DNA of 64,000 bases from Octopus sinensis (taxonomy: Eukaryota): the NCBI RefSeq assembly GCF_006345805.1, contig NC_043000.1:122326001-122390000 (forward strand), read 5' to 3'. The notes beneath the pieces are model-generated. The model was not told the origin of the DNA. It ran no database searches and was given only the letters and a program-made list of their open reading frames with translations. Every line of letters starts with the position of its first letter. The first letter of the stretch is position 1. Shown here piece by piece: positions 1 to 13,375 of this stretch. The position numbers and the translations under genes are program-made.

Positions 1-383
1 TAAATTTTGTCATGAAGTTTCTAGACGGTGGGGAATTGCATGTATTATAGTCGGGGGGTGAAACGCCAGGGATGGGTGGTTTTCTTGAGTTGGTGCATTT
101 TAAGTTGTTATTTATTTTTGTTCCCTTGCTATATTAAATGGTACATCGGTAAATGTGGAGAGATCAACGAATATGTGGGGGAACATGGTTAAAGTATTTA
201 TAAACTGAATTGCTATTGATATTGGGGTGGTGATCTACTTGATCGATCTACTTGAGCTCTAATGTGAAGTGGATTGAACGAACAACTCGGTTATCTAGAA
301 TGAGATATTGCTTTGATTGGATGTGTGTGTGATGTTAAAACTTTCTGATCTGATATGATTTGTATTTATTTTTATTTATGTTT

Positions 384-432
384 TTTTACTTGTTTAAGTC
401 ATTTGATTGCGGCCATGATGGAGCAACGCCTT
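384..432 (-). mobile_element. Isolated 3' tail of SINE family A
   Basis: ttacttgtttaagtcatttgattgcggccatgatggagcaacgcctt matches the tails at 23578 and 36749. Confidence 0.6.
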
Positions 433-2309
433 ATGTAGGTGAAATATAATTTACTTCCATTATATTGGAAAAGCTGCCTCTTTCTCCGTCTTCCATTCTT
501 TGGACATTTTCTTTTTTTCTATATTCCTGACGAAGAGCTCCGCTCGAAACGTTAAGTCCTTCTTCCTTTTATTTTATAGCCTAAACTCACAACGAAATTT
601 CTTGGCAAGATCAATAGCTTTAACAGCAATTCAGAAGTTACAACTGCTGTTTTGTCCTTTAAATTTAGTGGTTTTGACAAAATTTCTGCAATTTATGAGT
701 GGATTAATTATTGCATAGATCTTTTTACTCTGCATAAATCTTGATAGTGACTTCTCATCTATTTTCTTCTACCTCTGACTAAAAAAATGTTTTGTATGAA
801 TCATTACTGAAGGTGTTCCAAGCGTTTTCATGAATATTTATTGTCGTATCCATTGGTAATTTCTAGAATCAGATGCTATGGATTTCGTACGAATATACAC
901 GCAGTAATGCACTCAGAGTTTGAGCACTGGATGATAACACCCCCATTTAATTTGTAAGAGTGGGCTTCGAGATTTTGCGAGATTACGGAAAATGGAAGAT
1001 GCAAAAGATCATGAACTACAGGCAGAAACAGAGCGAATAAATATATAACGAGAAGTAATCAATCAGGGAATATAGTATTGACAGTTTTCTTTCTGATGTG
1101 TCTGATGAAAGCGCAGCAGAGCATCTGTATTCAAATATATCATTCTGTGCATTTTTTCGAGTTTATGTGTATAGGTGTATATGCATGTGTATGTGTGCGT
1201 ATCTGTGTGTGTATAAATGCATTTATGTACGTATACATGCTTACATGTCCATATATAACGTTACTCATTTAAATACTGGGCTGTAACAATGCATGCACCC
1301 CGTCATAAATATATACACGCTCTCTGTCTTTCTCTCTCTTTGCCTATATATACTCATTGAAGGATTGAGAGGGGATAAAAAGAAAGAGAAAGAGAAAGAG
1401 AGAGAAAGAGGTGTGTGTATGTGTGTGTGTGTGATGTTGCAAATCTAAATTTAGTTTCTTAAAAAATAAAATTGAAACCAAAATTACTAAGGGCCCCTAC
1501 CGAATCAATTTAAATATCTTTAATTATTTGCTAAACTCACATGAAATAAAAGCAAGGGTTGATGTTGTATGATATATTATCTTCACAATGAATATTTATA
1601 ATTCACTTCATCCATGTTAACTGTCCTCGAAAACAATATTCTATTTTTGAAGCATTATTGATATTCGTCAAACACATGATACACTTAAAGAAACTTAATG
1701 TTGCTTTCTTCGTCCGGCTACTGCTAAACACAATAATTTCACTAGAAATGCATGGTAAGACCCAAAACAATTTTTAGGTGTTATATTTCAATTACAATAT
1801 TAGAGATTTAAGTGGACGAGAATCAAATTTTCATTCCGTTTGGGCACATGACTATCACAACGAATATTCACACAAGACCAGGGTTTTGTTCTAACAGATA
1901 AGTAAGCTGAGATTTTTTCGAATAAATTATATAGCCTAAGCTAACAACGAAATATTTACACCAGACTTATAATGAGAACGTGTGTGAGTAGTCTTCAAAT
2001 GACATATTCACCGTCCTATTTAGATCAAATTAGTTCTGAACTGCTTCATTGGAAATAAAATATAATTTTACCAAACGAGCATTATCCTGGAATTGTATCA
2101 ATGAAGGCTTGCCAAGAATATCAATCAAAAAGATATAATTTATTTTCTTATTTCATTTGGCAAGTGTTGCAAGGGCTCTTTAAAGGCATTATAAACGGCA
2201 CTTTATCGTTTTTATACGTCAAGTCAAAATTAAGTAACATGAAGTGTGTACTGGCTTTGTAATTGTATATGTGTGACTTAAATATCGTGTGTTTAATATC
2301 TCGAAACAG

Positions 2310-2480
2310 AGAGAGTGGTGAACCGGCAGAATCATTAGCATCCCAAACTAAAATGCTTGATGGCCTTCCATCTGTCTTTACTTTCTTGTGTCCAGTTACC
2401 ACCCAGATCGAATTTGGATTTCATCATTCGAGGTCGATAAAATAAGTATCTGTTGATCACTGTGGTCGACGTAATCTACT
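2310..2480 (+). mobile_element. Degenerate SINE family B copy
   Basis: Similar to 28651-28883 (gaaccggcagaatcattagc...aggtcgataaaataagta). Confidence 0.55.
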
Positions 2481-2779
2481 TAAAACCCTTCTTTGGTGGT
2501 CTTGTGCTAAAATTTGAAATCAGTATCTCAGCAAAGAACATAGGATATATTCCAATTTCTTTTATATTTCTGTTTCATTAATGTTACAACGGAGGAGACT
2601 TTATTATGGTCGAACTAAGGCTGTCATTCCAACTGCGGTCATGTAATTTTTTTTTCCATGATTACATATGGTAATTACTTTTCATGCAACATATTTTAGT
2701 ATAATACATATTGAAGGAACTGAATAAGACTAAAATGCCAGCGTCACGATTACGTATATGATCGACCGCTAGCAACTAA

Positions 2780-2968
2780 AGCTTTTTTTTTCATTCTCTC
2801 TCTGTACATTTTCTTATGTTCCTTTCTGTTGAGGAGCGTAGGCTCGAAACGTAAAAGACTTTCTCAGCTTCCTGGGCGTTAAACTAATACACCTGTTTGT
2901 TGTTTACACACCTGTCTTCGTCTTTTGCTTTGTTTTTCTTTTGTGTTTTTTTTGTAAATTCCAACTAT
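2780..2968 (+). mobile_element. Probable Penelope-like terminal (pLTR) remnant with a degenerate hammerhead-like motif
   Basis: ctgttga-g-gagc-gtag-gctc-gaaacgt near 2826-2851; T-rich end running into tatata. Confidence 0.35.
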
Positions 2969-2971
2969 ATA

Positions 2972-2982
2972 GAAAGATAGAC

Positions 2983-3062
<80 letters not shown>

Positions 3063-3116
3063 GATAGATAGAAATAGATAAATAGATAGATAAAGAGATA
3101 GATAGATAGATAGATA
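2972..3116. repeat. (GATA)n microsatellite abutting the LINE 3' end
   Basis: Direct reading. Confidence 0.97.
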
Positions 3117-3455
3117 TGTTTCTTTATTAGCCACACAGGGCTGCACACAGATAGAACAAATTACAAGGTAGAGCTTTTTTCTTTTGAAGGTATTAAAAAA
3201 AAAAAAAAAAAAAAAAAAAAGGAAGGGGGAGGTTCGATCAAAAGGGATCGTAAAAGGAGAGAAAGAGGACAAAAATAAGGGGGGTTAAAAAAAAAAAAAA
3301 AAAAAAAAAGGGGGGGAGAGGAAAAAAAATGATCAATAGGGATCGTTATCACGAAATGTCAATATGAAGTGTAAAGGGGAGGACAGGTGAGGTTTACCCG
3401 TGGAAAGAAAAGCCTGCGGAAAAGACCACGGTAACCTCGGTCAATGAAGTCACAT

Positions 3456-3487
<32 letters not shown>

Positions 3488-3522
3488 GCAAATAAGCAAC
3501 TCTCTGTTTTCGATTTCTGGGT

Positions 3523-6500
3523 TCATAGGACTATGCTCAAGGTGGCTTCGTCATTCATACGTGCCATTCTTGCTACATTCACCCATCTTTTTTTAAAACA
3601 TTCGCTAGACAAAACTTGCCTCTCTACTCTCACTTTCCTTTTCAAGTGGTACTTGAAGAAGTTGATGAGAGATTGACCAGAGAGGAAAGTTTTGTCTCCA
3701 ATCCTTTCAGACGCGTCCACCAGATACATTCTTTCGCCATAGCACAAGGATGATGAAAATAGCTCTTCCTTCCCGTTTGAAGGAAGGAGGCGTGACAATA
3801 TTGACGATAGACTCAGCTGATAAACCGACTCGTCCCACACGTGACAGCAGTTGTTCGACATAAGCCCACAGGTCGAAATTGTTGGACACTGAACGAGTGC
3901 GTGCAGAACGGTTTCGTCGCTCTGACCGCATCTCGGGCAGGTCGGCCCCGTGTTTCTCGAGCCGTGTCTGTAGAGCTTATCCCGAACGGGTAGCGCTTCT
4001 CGGTAGCACTGCCAGGCCAGGGATCTCTGGAAGTTGTCCATGGGCCTGGCCCGAAAGTCGTCCCGAACAGGCGGGTCAGGTACTCCTCGTCGACGTCCAG
4101 GTTCGCCCCGAGCTCGTCGTCGTACCTCCCCTCCACTAAACCCCTATAGAATGCTTTGGTTGTGTTGAAGTCACTTAAGGTCGACCCAGGACGGCAGAGT
4201 TGCTTGAGAGCAACGCGACACTCGCGGTGCCATTCGCCCTTCCTCGGCCTCTTTTTGATCCACGACTGCAGTTCGGTCATGGAGACGAGCTGCGGGAAAG
4301 CGTGCCTCACAAACGGCGACCACACCTGTTCACCGTCGTCTACATAGAGCCAGAGATGTCGCAGTCTCAGCGCGTGTCTGCGCATCATCAACCACGGCAT
4401 GCCCAGCCCTCCTTTTAACGGGTGTTGACAGCAAATGGATCGCCTGACCATCGGGACGCATCCTTTCCACAAGAAGCGAAAGAGGATGCGTTGTTGTAGT
4501 TTGGTGATGGTAGGGTCGGGACAAGGTACGACGGTCAGGCGGTAGTAGATGACGGACGCGATGTACGTGTTCGCCACCTCCGCTCGACCTTTTAGGGACA
4601 GTTTCCTCTCGGCCCATTGCCGGGCGAGAGTGACCACCCTACTCGTTATCTCGTTCCAGTTCTTCTCCACTTGGAGGTCCGGACCAAACCAGACCCCGAG
4701 CAACTCAACCGGGCCGTCGGTCCAGCGTCCCACGACGGAGGCGCTGGTGGACGGCATGGGCTTGCTTCTCCAGGTGCCTAGTCGCAAGCCCACTGACTTT
4801 TCCCGGTTGATTTTCGCTCCTGTCACCGCTTCGTAGTTTTTCAGTGTCTCGCCGACCAGCTCGATGTGCTCGTGGCTAGACACTATGACGGTGACGTCGT
4901 CCGCGTATGCAGACACGCTCGTCCCGCATCCCAATTCTCGCGGGATGCCCCTTAGAGTCGCCAGCTTCCGCAGTAGTGGCTCAAGAGTCAATACGTATAG
5001 AAGCGCCGAGAGGGGGCATCCCTGACGGACCGAACGTGCAATGTCGAAAGGTCTCGATAGATGTCCATTTACGCGAATTACCGAACGGATGCCTCTGTAC
5101 AAGGCAGCTATCCAGCCGCGGAAGACGGGACCGAAACCAGCCGCTCTCAGGACTGCCTCCAAGTATCGATGGTCTACCCTATCAAAGGCTTTTGATTGAT
5201 CCAAGTTGATCAGGGCCCCACCCATGCCAGGTTCGTTAACTACCCTGTCTATGATGTAGCGCATCAGATGGAGGTTGTCATGGATGGTCCGGCCTGGCAC
5301 GGCGCATGTTTGCGCCTTGTCGACCAGTTTCTCGATGACAAGCGCCAACCTCTTGGCTAGCACCTTGGCCAAAATTTTCAAGTCTGCATTAAGCAGAGTG
5401 ATGGGCCTAAAGTTATCTATTACATTTCCCTTGTTTAGATCTTTCTTCAGCAGTGTTACGGCTCCTCGGCTCACAAAACCAGGAATGCTCCCGTTTTGCT
5501 GCCAGTTGCAGTACACCGCCGCCAAGAGATCTCCAAACAAGTCTGGCATACAATTGTAAAGCTCGTAGGGTAGACCATCCAAACCCGGTGATTTGTCCCT
5601 CGAGCATTCTGCCATCGCTTCCCGCACTTCCGCCGCCGTGATGGCACCTTCGCAGCACCCTGCCTTTCTTGTCGAGAGAGTCGTGGTAGGCTATGTAGGT
5701 AGGCACTGAAGTCCACCCTACGTTCTTGCCCTCCACTCGTTCGTCCAAACAGTCGGGCAAAATGCTGCTGAAAGGCCTCACACATTTTACTTGGCTCGAG
5801 CAATTCGCGCCCCTGTTCATCTACCAGTGACCGAATGGTGGCTTTGTTGCCCTGTTGCGCCTCTGCCACCCGGGCCTCTCTCGCGGCTCCAACACCTTCG
5901 TTCCTTAGAGCACGCATCCTAGCTCTGACAGCACATCCTTCGTGTTTGGCGTTGAAGTGTTGGTCGAGGGCCAACCTCGCCGCCAAAACGTCGGATGCGA
6001 TGCCGCTTCTAATTGCCTCTTCTAGCTTCTTAACTAGCTCACCCTCTACTCTATTTCTATCTATGGCTAGTGCTTTGCTGTACCTAATCGCTTCTGCTTT
6101 TACTGCTCTCTTGAGGGCAAACCACCATTTGTTGTTGATGATGGCTCCCGTCAAAGCCCTCTTTACTAGTGTGCTAATCCGGTCTCTGAAAACTTGTCTC
6201 GATGGGAAAGACGCGTTTAGTTTCCAGTATCCGGGACCCTGCCTAAGTGTCTTACCTAAGTCTAGCGTACATGTCACAAGTTTGTGATCCGTGTAGCTGA
6301 CTATGTGGAATTGTGGACATCCTATGCTATCTCTATCTACTGTCCTACACAGTATCCTATCTAGATACGATCTCGACGACCCGATGCGGTTGCTCCATGT
6401 CCACGTTGGCGCATTCGGGTGGTCTAGTCGAAACCTGTCAGACAGTTGAAAGCGTCTGAGCAGGTCTCTGAGGCATTTGCATCCCCGTCTATTCCTATCT

Positions 6501-6963
6501 CTACCCACGTAGTCTACATGCGTGTTAAGGTAGCATTCCAATCCCCCACTAAGAGTAAAGGACGAGACGTTCCCAAGAAAACTTCTAGACGTTGAAAGAA
6601 ATCCGCCCGACCTGTTAAGGGCGGTGCGTAAACTGATACGAGCCGAAAAGCGCACCCATTGCTGCCGTCGACATCCAGGACGACCAGTCTACCCTCCGGG
6701 TCTACGAATATTGTCCTTACATTGAGATCCAGACTCTTGTGAAAAAGTACCGCGGTGCCACTACCGCCCATTCTCGGCAGACAGGGGGAAAAATAAATGT
6801 TGAACTGTCCGCCAAACATGGTCTTTAGGGCCCGCGGATTGTGGAGTCTGGTCTCGCTTATGGCTATGATTTCTAACTTATGTGACTTTATGTCATTTAA
6901 GAGGTACCCTTGTTTCCAAGGGGACCCCAAGCCACGCGCATTTACACAACCAATCTTGATCAT
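3523..6963 (-). CDS. LINE ORF2 of copy 1 (APE endonuclease + reverse transcriptase + C-terminal CCHC zinc finger), split by frameshifts
   Basis: APE motifs NARGL, ISET, VYAP, GDWN, SYLDRI, YTDH. RT motifs SPGLDG, FRPITLLNAD, LDQSKAFDRV, RQGCPLS, YADD. C-terminal CPRCGQSDETVLHALVQC. Spread over ORFs 6514-6963, 5471-6655, 3813-5627 and 3523-4041. Confidence 0.9.
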
Positions 6964-6994
6964 AGTTCTAATGAATTAGAATACAGAGGGTTAC

Positions 6995-8991
6995 TTACTG
7001 CTCGAAAGTTTTTGCTTTCTCCTCCGTTGGTTTGTCCTCGAGAAGATCCCAGTACAGTTTCTTTGTGAGATATTTTTGGCATTTACCAACCGCACTGGGG
7101 AAAATGCTTTGAGTGTGTGGTGCAGACTTTTGGAGATGTGTATTATTTTGATGTGGTCTGGTGGTGTTGTGTATGGGTGGTTGTTTGTTTTTATGTCATC
7201 TTCTGTTATGTTTGTTTTTGATTGGATGTATTCCATCAAATTTGTGTTTTTGGTGTCTATGGCTGTGAGCATGTTTGCTGTATATGTTTTTGTGGTGTTG
7301 GTGTGGCTGTTGTTTGCGTTGGGTTTTGAAATGTCTTCGGGAGATGTATTTCCCCCTGCTTTGTTCGTGTTTGCATTTGGTTTGGTGTGTTTTCTGCTCT
7401 TTATTTTCCTTCTTTTTGTAGCTATTTGCCATTCCTCACTGGTTTCGTCTTCCGACGAAATTCTGAGGAATCAGAAGGGGGTGGGGGTATGTTGTGGGCT
7501 TCTATGTATGTCTGTGTAAGTGGTTGTGTTGTTGTTTTCGTTGTTGTTGGTTGTTGAGTGTTTGTGTGTGTTGAGTGCGGTATAAGGGATGGGGGATCAG
7601 TTTGTGTGTGTTTTCTTTGTTTTTCTGTTCCTTTGGGTTTTGCTGTTGATGGTGGTGTTGGTATTTTTCAGGTGTCGAGTGGTTTTTGGTTGATGACGGA
7701 TTAGCTTGGTGTGCTTCTCTTGTCGTCTTCTGTGTTGATGGTGGTGTGGGTAGTAGAGTTTTTTTCCGGAGTGCTTTGGTTGTGGTAGTGGTTGTTGTTG
7801 TTGCTCTTGGTGTGCAGTGGTTGGGCACGTCTTTTTCAAGTGTGTTTCGCTTCCACACAAATAGCAGCGTGGTCGCCTGCCCTCTACCACTATATAGAGT
7901 TTGTAGCCTCCTGGCAGTTCTATAGCGGTGGGTATCTTCTCTCTTGCTGCTTCATCCAATTGAAGCAGGAATTCGATTGATTTGCCCACATAGTCTTTCT
8001 CTCCTAGAACCGCGATTTCCAGGATGTTTGTCTCTGACATTGTCTCTGACATTTCAAAGCAGATGGCAGAGACCACCCATTGTGTTTCGACATCAAATGG
8101 TATGTTTTTTATTTGGACTTTCGTGACCCTTTTGTTTAAATAGACTGGTATCATTACCAAGTCGTCCGAATGTAGCTCCAATGTGGAAAAACGTTTTGCT
8201 AAACTTTCGTTGAGGAAACGTACTTGGACTGTACCAAATTTGTTTCCCCAACTGATATATTCCTTGGAGTCCCATACAGGACGAAGGCATTTATCGATTT
8301 TTTCCTGCGGTGCATTTTCTGTTCTTCTTGTTTTTTTGTTTATTACTTTATAAATTATGTTTTTTTTTGCGTGTTTTCCACGATGTGTTGTGGAATATGA
8401 AGGTGCAATTTGTCTCCTTCTTTGGAGAAGAGTGCCTTTGTGCGGTTATCTCTTGTGTGGTGAATGTTACAATTGTTCTTTTTTGTTTTGTTACGTCCGC
8501 AAAATCGTTTTGAATTTGGCAGTAGAAGTGTTAATTGTGGCAGTGTTAATTGAAGTCATGGTAGTGGTGTTGGTGTTGGCGGTATTAGCAGCAGAAGGCT
8601 TGGATGTAGCATTTGACGTCGTAGTAGTGGTGTTGGTGTTGGCGGTGTTGTCTTTGGTAGGCGGCTTTGTGCCAATTTCGTTGTTGTTGTTGTTGGTGGT
8701 GATGGTGGTGGTGCTGGCATTCATGTTTTCGTTTGTATTCATTTTTGAAATCCCTTTCTCTGTCCCTTATCATCAACAAGTGGTGTGGGGAGTGAGGGGA
8801 AATCTAAGTTAATGTCTTTGGTCGCGGCGATGGTGAATGCGACGTTAGATTTGTGTGTTGTTGGTGGTGGTGGTGGTGATGGTGGTGACAGCGGTGTTCA
8901 CGCTGCGATGTTTAGCAGCTAGTGGTAGCAATAGTGTTTTGCTACCGTTCTGCATGACTGGCGGGCTAGCCACGTGGTTTCTAGTTGCCAT
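6995..8991 (-). CDS. LINE ORF1 of copy 1 (nucleic-acid-binding protein with CCHC zinc knuckle), split by frameshifts
   Basis: Candidate ATG at 8991 (MATRNHV...), Thr/Asn-rich N-terminus, an RRM-like region (TKVQIKNIPFDV), and knuckle CYLCGSETHLKKTC (~7826-7867). Ends ~30 nt upstream of the ORF2 ATG. Start and frame joins are inferred. Confidence 0.75.
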
Positions 8992-9209
8992 TTTCAAAAT
9001 GAAAAATGGCTAAAAATCCCACGAAAGTTTTGAAAGTTTTTTTGTAATTTCGCCCATACAGGGGCGGAATTCTACGTGAATAATTCTCAGTTTTTTAGTG
9101 AATGAATTTGCACAACGATTAAAACAAAATATTTGACAACAAGGAGTTTTAAACATGTAAAAGTGGCCAACTTACTTGGAGCCGATATGACTAGCGTCCG
9201 TCCATTTTG

Positions 9210-9506
<297 letters not shown>

Positions 9507-9904
9507 TGTTTCTTTATTAGCCACACAGGGCTGCACACAGATAGAACAAATTACAAGGTAGAGAGCTTCTTTTGAGGTATTAAAAAAAAAAAAAAAAAAA
9601 AAGGAAGGGGGAGGTTCGATCAAAAGGGATCGTAAAAGGAGAGAAAGAGGACAAAAATAAGGGGGGTTAAAAAAAAAAAAAAAAAAAAAGGGGGGGGGAG
9701 AGGAAAAAAAATGATCAATAGGGATCGTTATCACAGAAATGTCAATATGAAGTGTAAAGGGGAGGACAGGTGAGGTTTACCCGTGGAAAGAAAAGCCTGC
9801 GGAAAAGACCACGGTAACCTCGGTCAATGAAGTCACATTTTATATTCTTTTTTTTTTTTTTTTTTTTTTGCAAATAAGCAACTCTCTGTTTTCGATTTCT
9901 GGGT

Positions 9905-12900
9905 TCATAGGACTATGCTCAAGGTGGCTTCGTCATTCATACGTGCCATTCTTGCTACATTCACCCATCTTTTTTTAAAACATTCGCTAGACAAAACTTG
10001 CCTCTCTACTCTCACTTTCCTTTTCAAGTGGTACTTGAAGAAGTTGATGAGAGATTGACCAGAGAGGAAAGTGTTTGTCTCCAATCCTTTCAGACGCGTC
10101 TCCACCAGATACATTCTTTCGCCATAGCCACAAGGATGATGAAAATAGCTCTTCCTTCCCGTTTGAAGGAAGGAGGCGTGACAATATTGACGATAGACTC
10201 AGCTGATAAACCGACTCGTCCCACACGTGACAGCAGTTGTTCGACATAAGCCCACAGGTCGGAAATTGTTGGACACTGAACGAGTGCGTGCAGAACGGTT
10301 TCGTCGCTCTGACCGCATCTCGGGCAGGTCGGCCCCGTGTTTCTCGAGCCGTGTCTGTAGAGCTTATCCCGAACGGGTAGCGCTTCTCGGTAGCACTGCC
10401 AGGCCAGGGATCTCTGGAAGTTGTCCATGGGCCCTGGCCCGAAAGTCGTCCCGAACAGGCGGGTCAGGTACTCCTCGTCGACGTCCAGGTTCGCCCCGAG
10501 CTCGTCGTCGTACCTCCCCTCCACTAAACCCCTATAGAATGCTTTGGTTGTGTTGAAGTCACTTAAGGTCGACCCAGGACGGCAGAGTTGCTTGAGAGCA
10601 ACGCGACACTCGCGGTGCCATTCGCCCTTCCTCGGCCTCTTTTTGATCCACGACTGCAGTTCGGTCATGGAGACGAGCTGCGGGAAAGCGTGCCTCACAA
10701 ACGGCGACCACACCTGTTCACCGTCGTCTACATAGAGCCAGAGATGTCGCAGTCTCAGCGCGTGTCTGCGCATCATCAACCACGGCATGCCCAGCCCTCC
10801 TTTTAACGGGTGTTGACAGCAAATGGATCGCCTGACCATCGGGACGCATCCTTTCCACAAGAAGCGAAAGAGGATGCGTTGTAGTTTGGTGATGGTAGGG
10901 TCGGGACAAGGTACGACGGTCAGGCGGTAGTAGATGACGGACGCGATGTACGTGTTCGCCACCTCCGCTCGACCTTTTAGGGACAGTTTCCTCTCGGCCC
11001 ATTGCCGGGCGAGAGTGACCACCCTACTCGTTATCTCGTTCCAGTTCTTCTCCACTTGGAGGTCCGGACCAAACCAGACCCCGAGCAACTCAACCGGGCC
11101 GTCGGTCCAGCGTCCCACGACGGAGGCGCTGGTGGACGGCATGGGCTTGCTTCTCCAGGTGCCTAGTCGCAAGCCCACTGACTTTTCCCGGTTGATTTTC
11201 GCTCCTGTCACCGCTTCGTAGTTTTTCAGTGTCTCGCCGACCAGCTCGATGTGCTCGTGGCTAGACACTATGACGGTGACGTCGTCCGCGTATGCAGACA
11301 CGCTCGTCCCGCATCCCAATTCTCGCGGGATGCCCCTTAGAGTCGCAGCCAGCTTCCGCAGTAGTGGCTCAAGAGTCAATACGTATAGAAGCGCCGAGAG
11401 GGGGCATCCCTGACGGACCGAACGTGCAATGTCGAAAGGTCTCGATAGATGTCCATTTACGCGAATTACCGAACGGATGCCTCTGTACAAGGCAGCTATC
11501 CAGCCGCGGAAGACGGGACCGAAACCAGCCGCTCTCAGGACTGCCTCCAAGTATCGATGGTCTACCCTATCAAAGGCTTTTGATTGATCCAAGTTGATCA
11601 GGGCCCCACCCATGCCAGGTTCGTTAACTACCCTGTCTATGATGTAGCGCATCAGATGGAGGTTGTCATGGATGGTCCGGCCTGGCACGGCGCATGTTTG
11701 CGCCTTGTCGACCAGTTTCTCGATGACAAGCGCCAACCTCTTGGCTAGCACCTTGGCCAAAATTTTCAAGTCTGCATTAAGCAGAGTGATGGGCCTAAAG
11801 TTATCTATTACATTTCCCTTGTTTAGATCTTTCTTCAGCAGTGTTACGGCTCCTCGGCTCACAAAACCAGGAATGCTCCGTTTTGCTGCCAGTTGCAGTA
11901 CACCGCCGCCAAGAGATCTCCAAACAAGTCTGGCATACAATTGTAAAGCTCGTAGGGTAGACCATCCAAAACCGGTGATTTGTCCCTCGAGCATTCTGCC
12001 ATCGCTTCCGCACTTCCGCCGCCGTGATGGCACCTTCGCAGCACCCTGCCTTTCTTGTCGAGAGTCGTGGTAGGCTATGTAGGTAGGCACTGAAGTCCAC
12101 CCTACGTTCTTGCCTCCACTCGTTCCGAACAGTCGGGCAAAATGCTGCTGAAAGGCCTCACACATTTTACTTGGCTCGAGCAATTCGCCCCTGTTCATCT
12201 ACCAGTGAGACCGAATGGTGGCTTTGTTGCCCTGTTGCGCCTCTGCCACCCGGGCCTCTCTCGCGGCTCCAACACCTTCGTTCCTTAGAGCACGCATCCT
12301 AGCTCTGACAGCACATCCTTCGTGTTTGGCGTTGAAGTGTTGGTCGAGGGCCAACCTCGCCGCCAAAACGTCGGATGCGATGCCGCTTCTAATTGCCTCT
12401 TCTAGCTTCTTAACTAGCTCACCCTCTACTCTATTTCTATCTATGGCTAGTGCTTTGCTGTACCTAATCGCTTCTGCTTTTACTGCTCTCTTGAGGGCAA
12501 ACCACCATTTGTTGTTGATGATGGCTCCCGTCAAAGCCCTCTTTACTAGTGTGCTAATCCGGTCTCTGAAAACTTGTCTCGATGGGAAAGACGCGTTTAG
12601 TTTCCAGTATCCGGGACCCTGCCTAAGTGTCTTACCTAAGTCTAGCGTACATGTCACAAGTTTGTGATCCGTGTAGCTGACTATGTGGAATTGTGGACAT
12701 CCTATGCTATCTCTATCTACTGTCCTACACAGTATCCTATCTAGATACGATCTCGACGACCCGATGCGGTTGCTCCATGTCCACGTTGGCGCATTCGGGT
12801 GGTCTAGTCGAAACCTGTCAGACAGTTGAAAGCGTCTGAGCAGGTCTCTGAGGCATTTGCATCCCCGTCTATTCCTATCTCTACCCACGTAGTCTACATG

Positions 12901-13344
12901 CGTGTCCAAGGTAGCATTCCAATCCCCCACTAAGAGTAAAGGACGAGACGTTCCCAAGAAAACTTCTAGACGTTGAAAGAAATCCGCCCGACCTGTTAAG
13001 GGCGGTGCGTAAACTGATACGAGCCGAAAAGCGCACCCATTGCTGCCGTCGACATCCAGGACGACCAGTCTACCTCCGGGGTCTACGAATATTGTCCTTA
13101 CATTGAGATCCAGACTCTTGTGAAAAAGTACCGCGGTGCCACTACCGCCCATTCTCGGCAGACAGGGGGAAAAATAAATGTTGAACTGTCCGCCAAACAT
13201 GGTCTTTAGGGCCCGCGGATTGTGGAGTCTGGTCTCGCTTATGGCTATGATTTCTAACTTATGTGACTTTATGTCATTTAAGAGGTACCCTTGTTTCCAA
13301 GGGGACCCCAAGCCACGCGCATTTACACAACCAATCTTGATCAT
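9905..13344 (-). CDS. LINE ORF2 of copy 2 (APE-RT-zinc finger), split by frameshifts
   Basis: 381-aa ORF 12199-13344 (whole endonuclease) and 702-aa ORF 10090-12198 (RT with QGCPLS and YADD through the CCHC finger). Stop at 9905. Confidence 0.9.
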
Positions 13345-13375
13345 AGTTCTAATGAATTAGAATACAGAGGGTTAC

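Noticed and set aside
3879-7980. Plus-strand ORFs overlapping the LINEs (also 9998-14518)
   Set aside because: Antisense shadows of GC-rich or low-complexity LINE coding sequence, with no motifs and inconsistent between copies.
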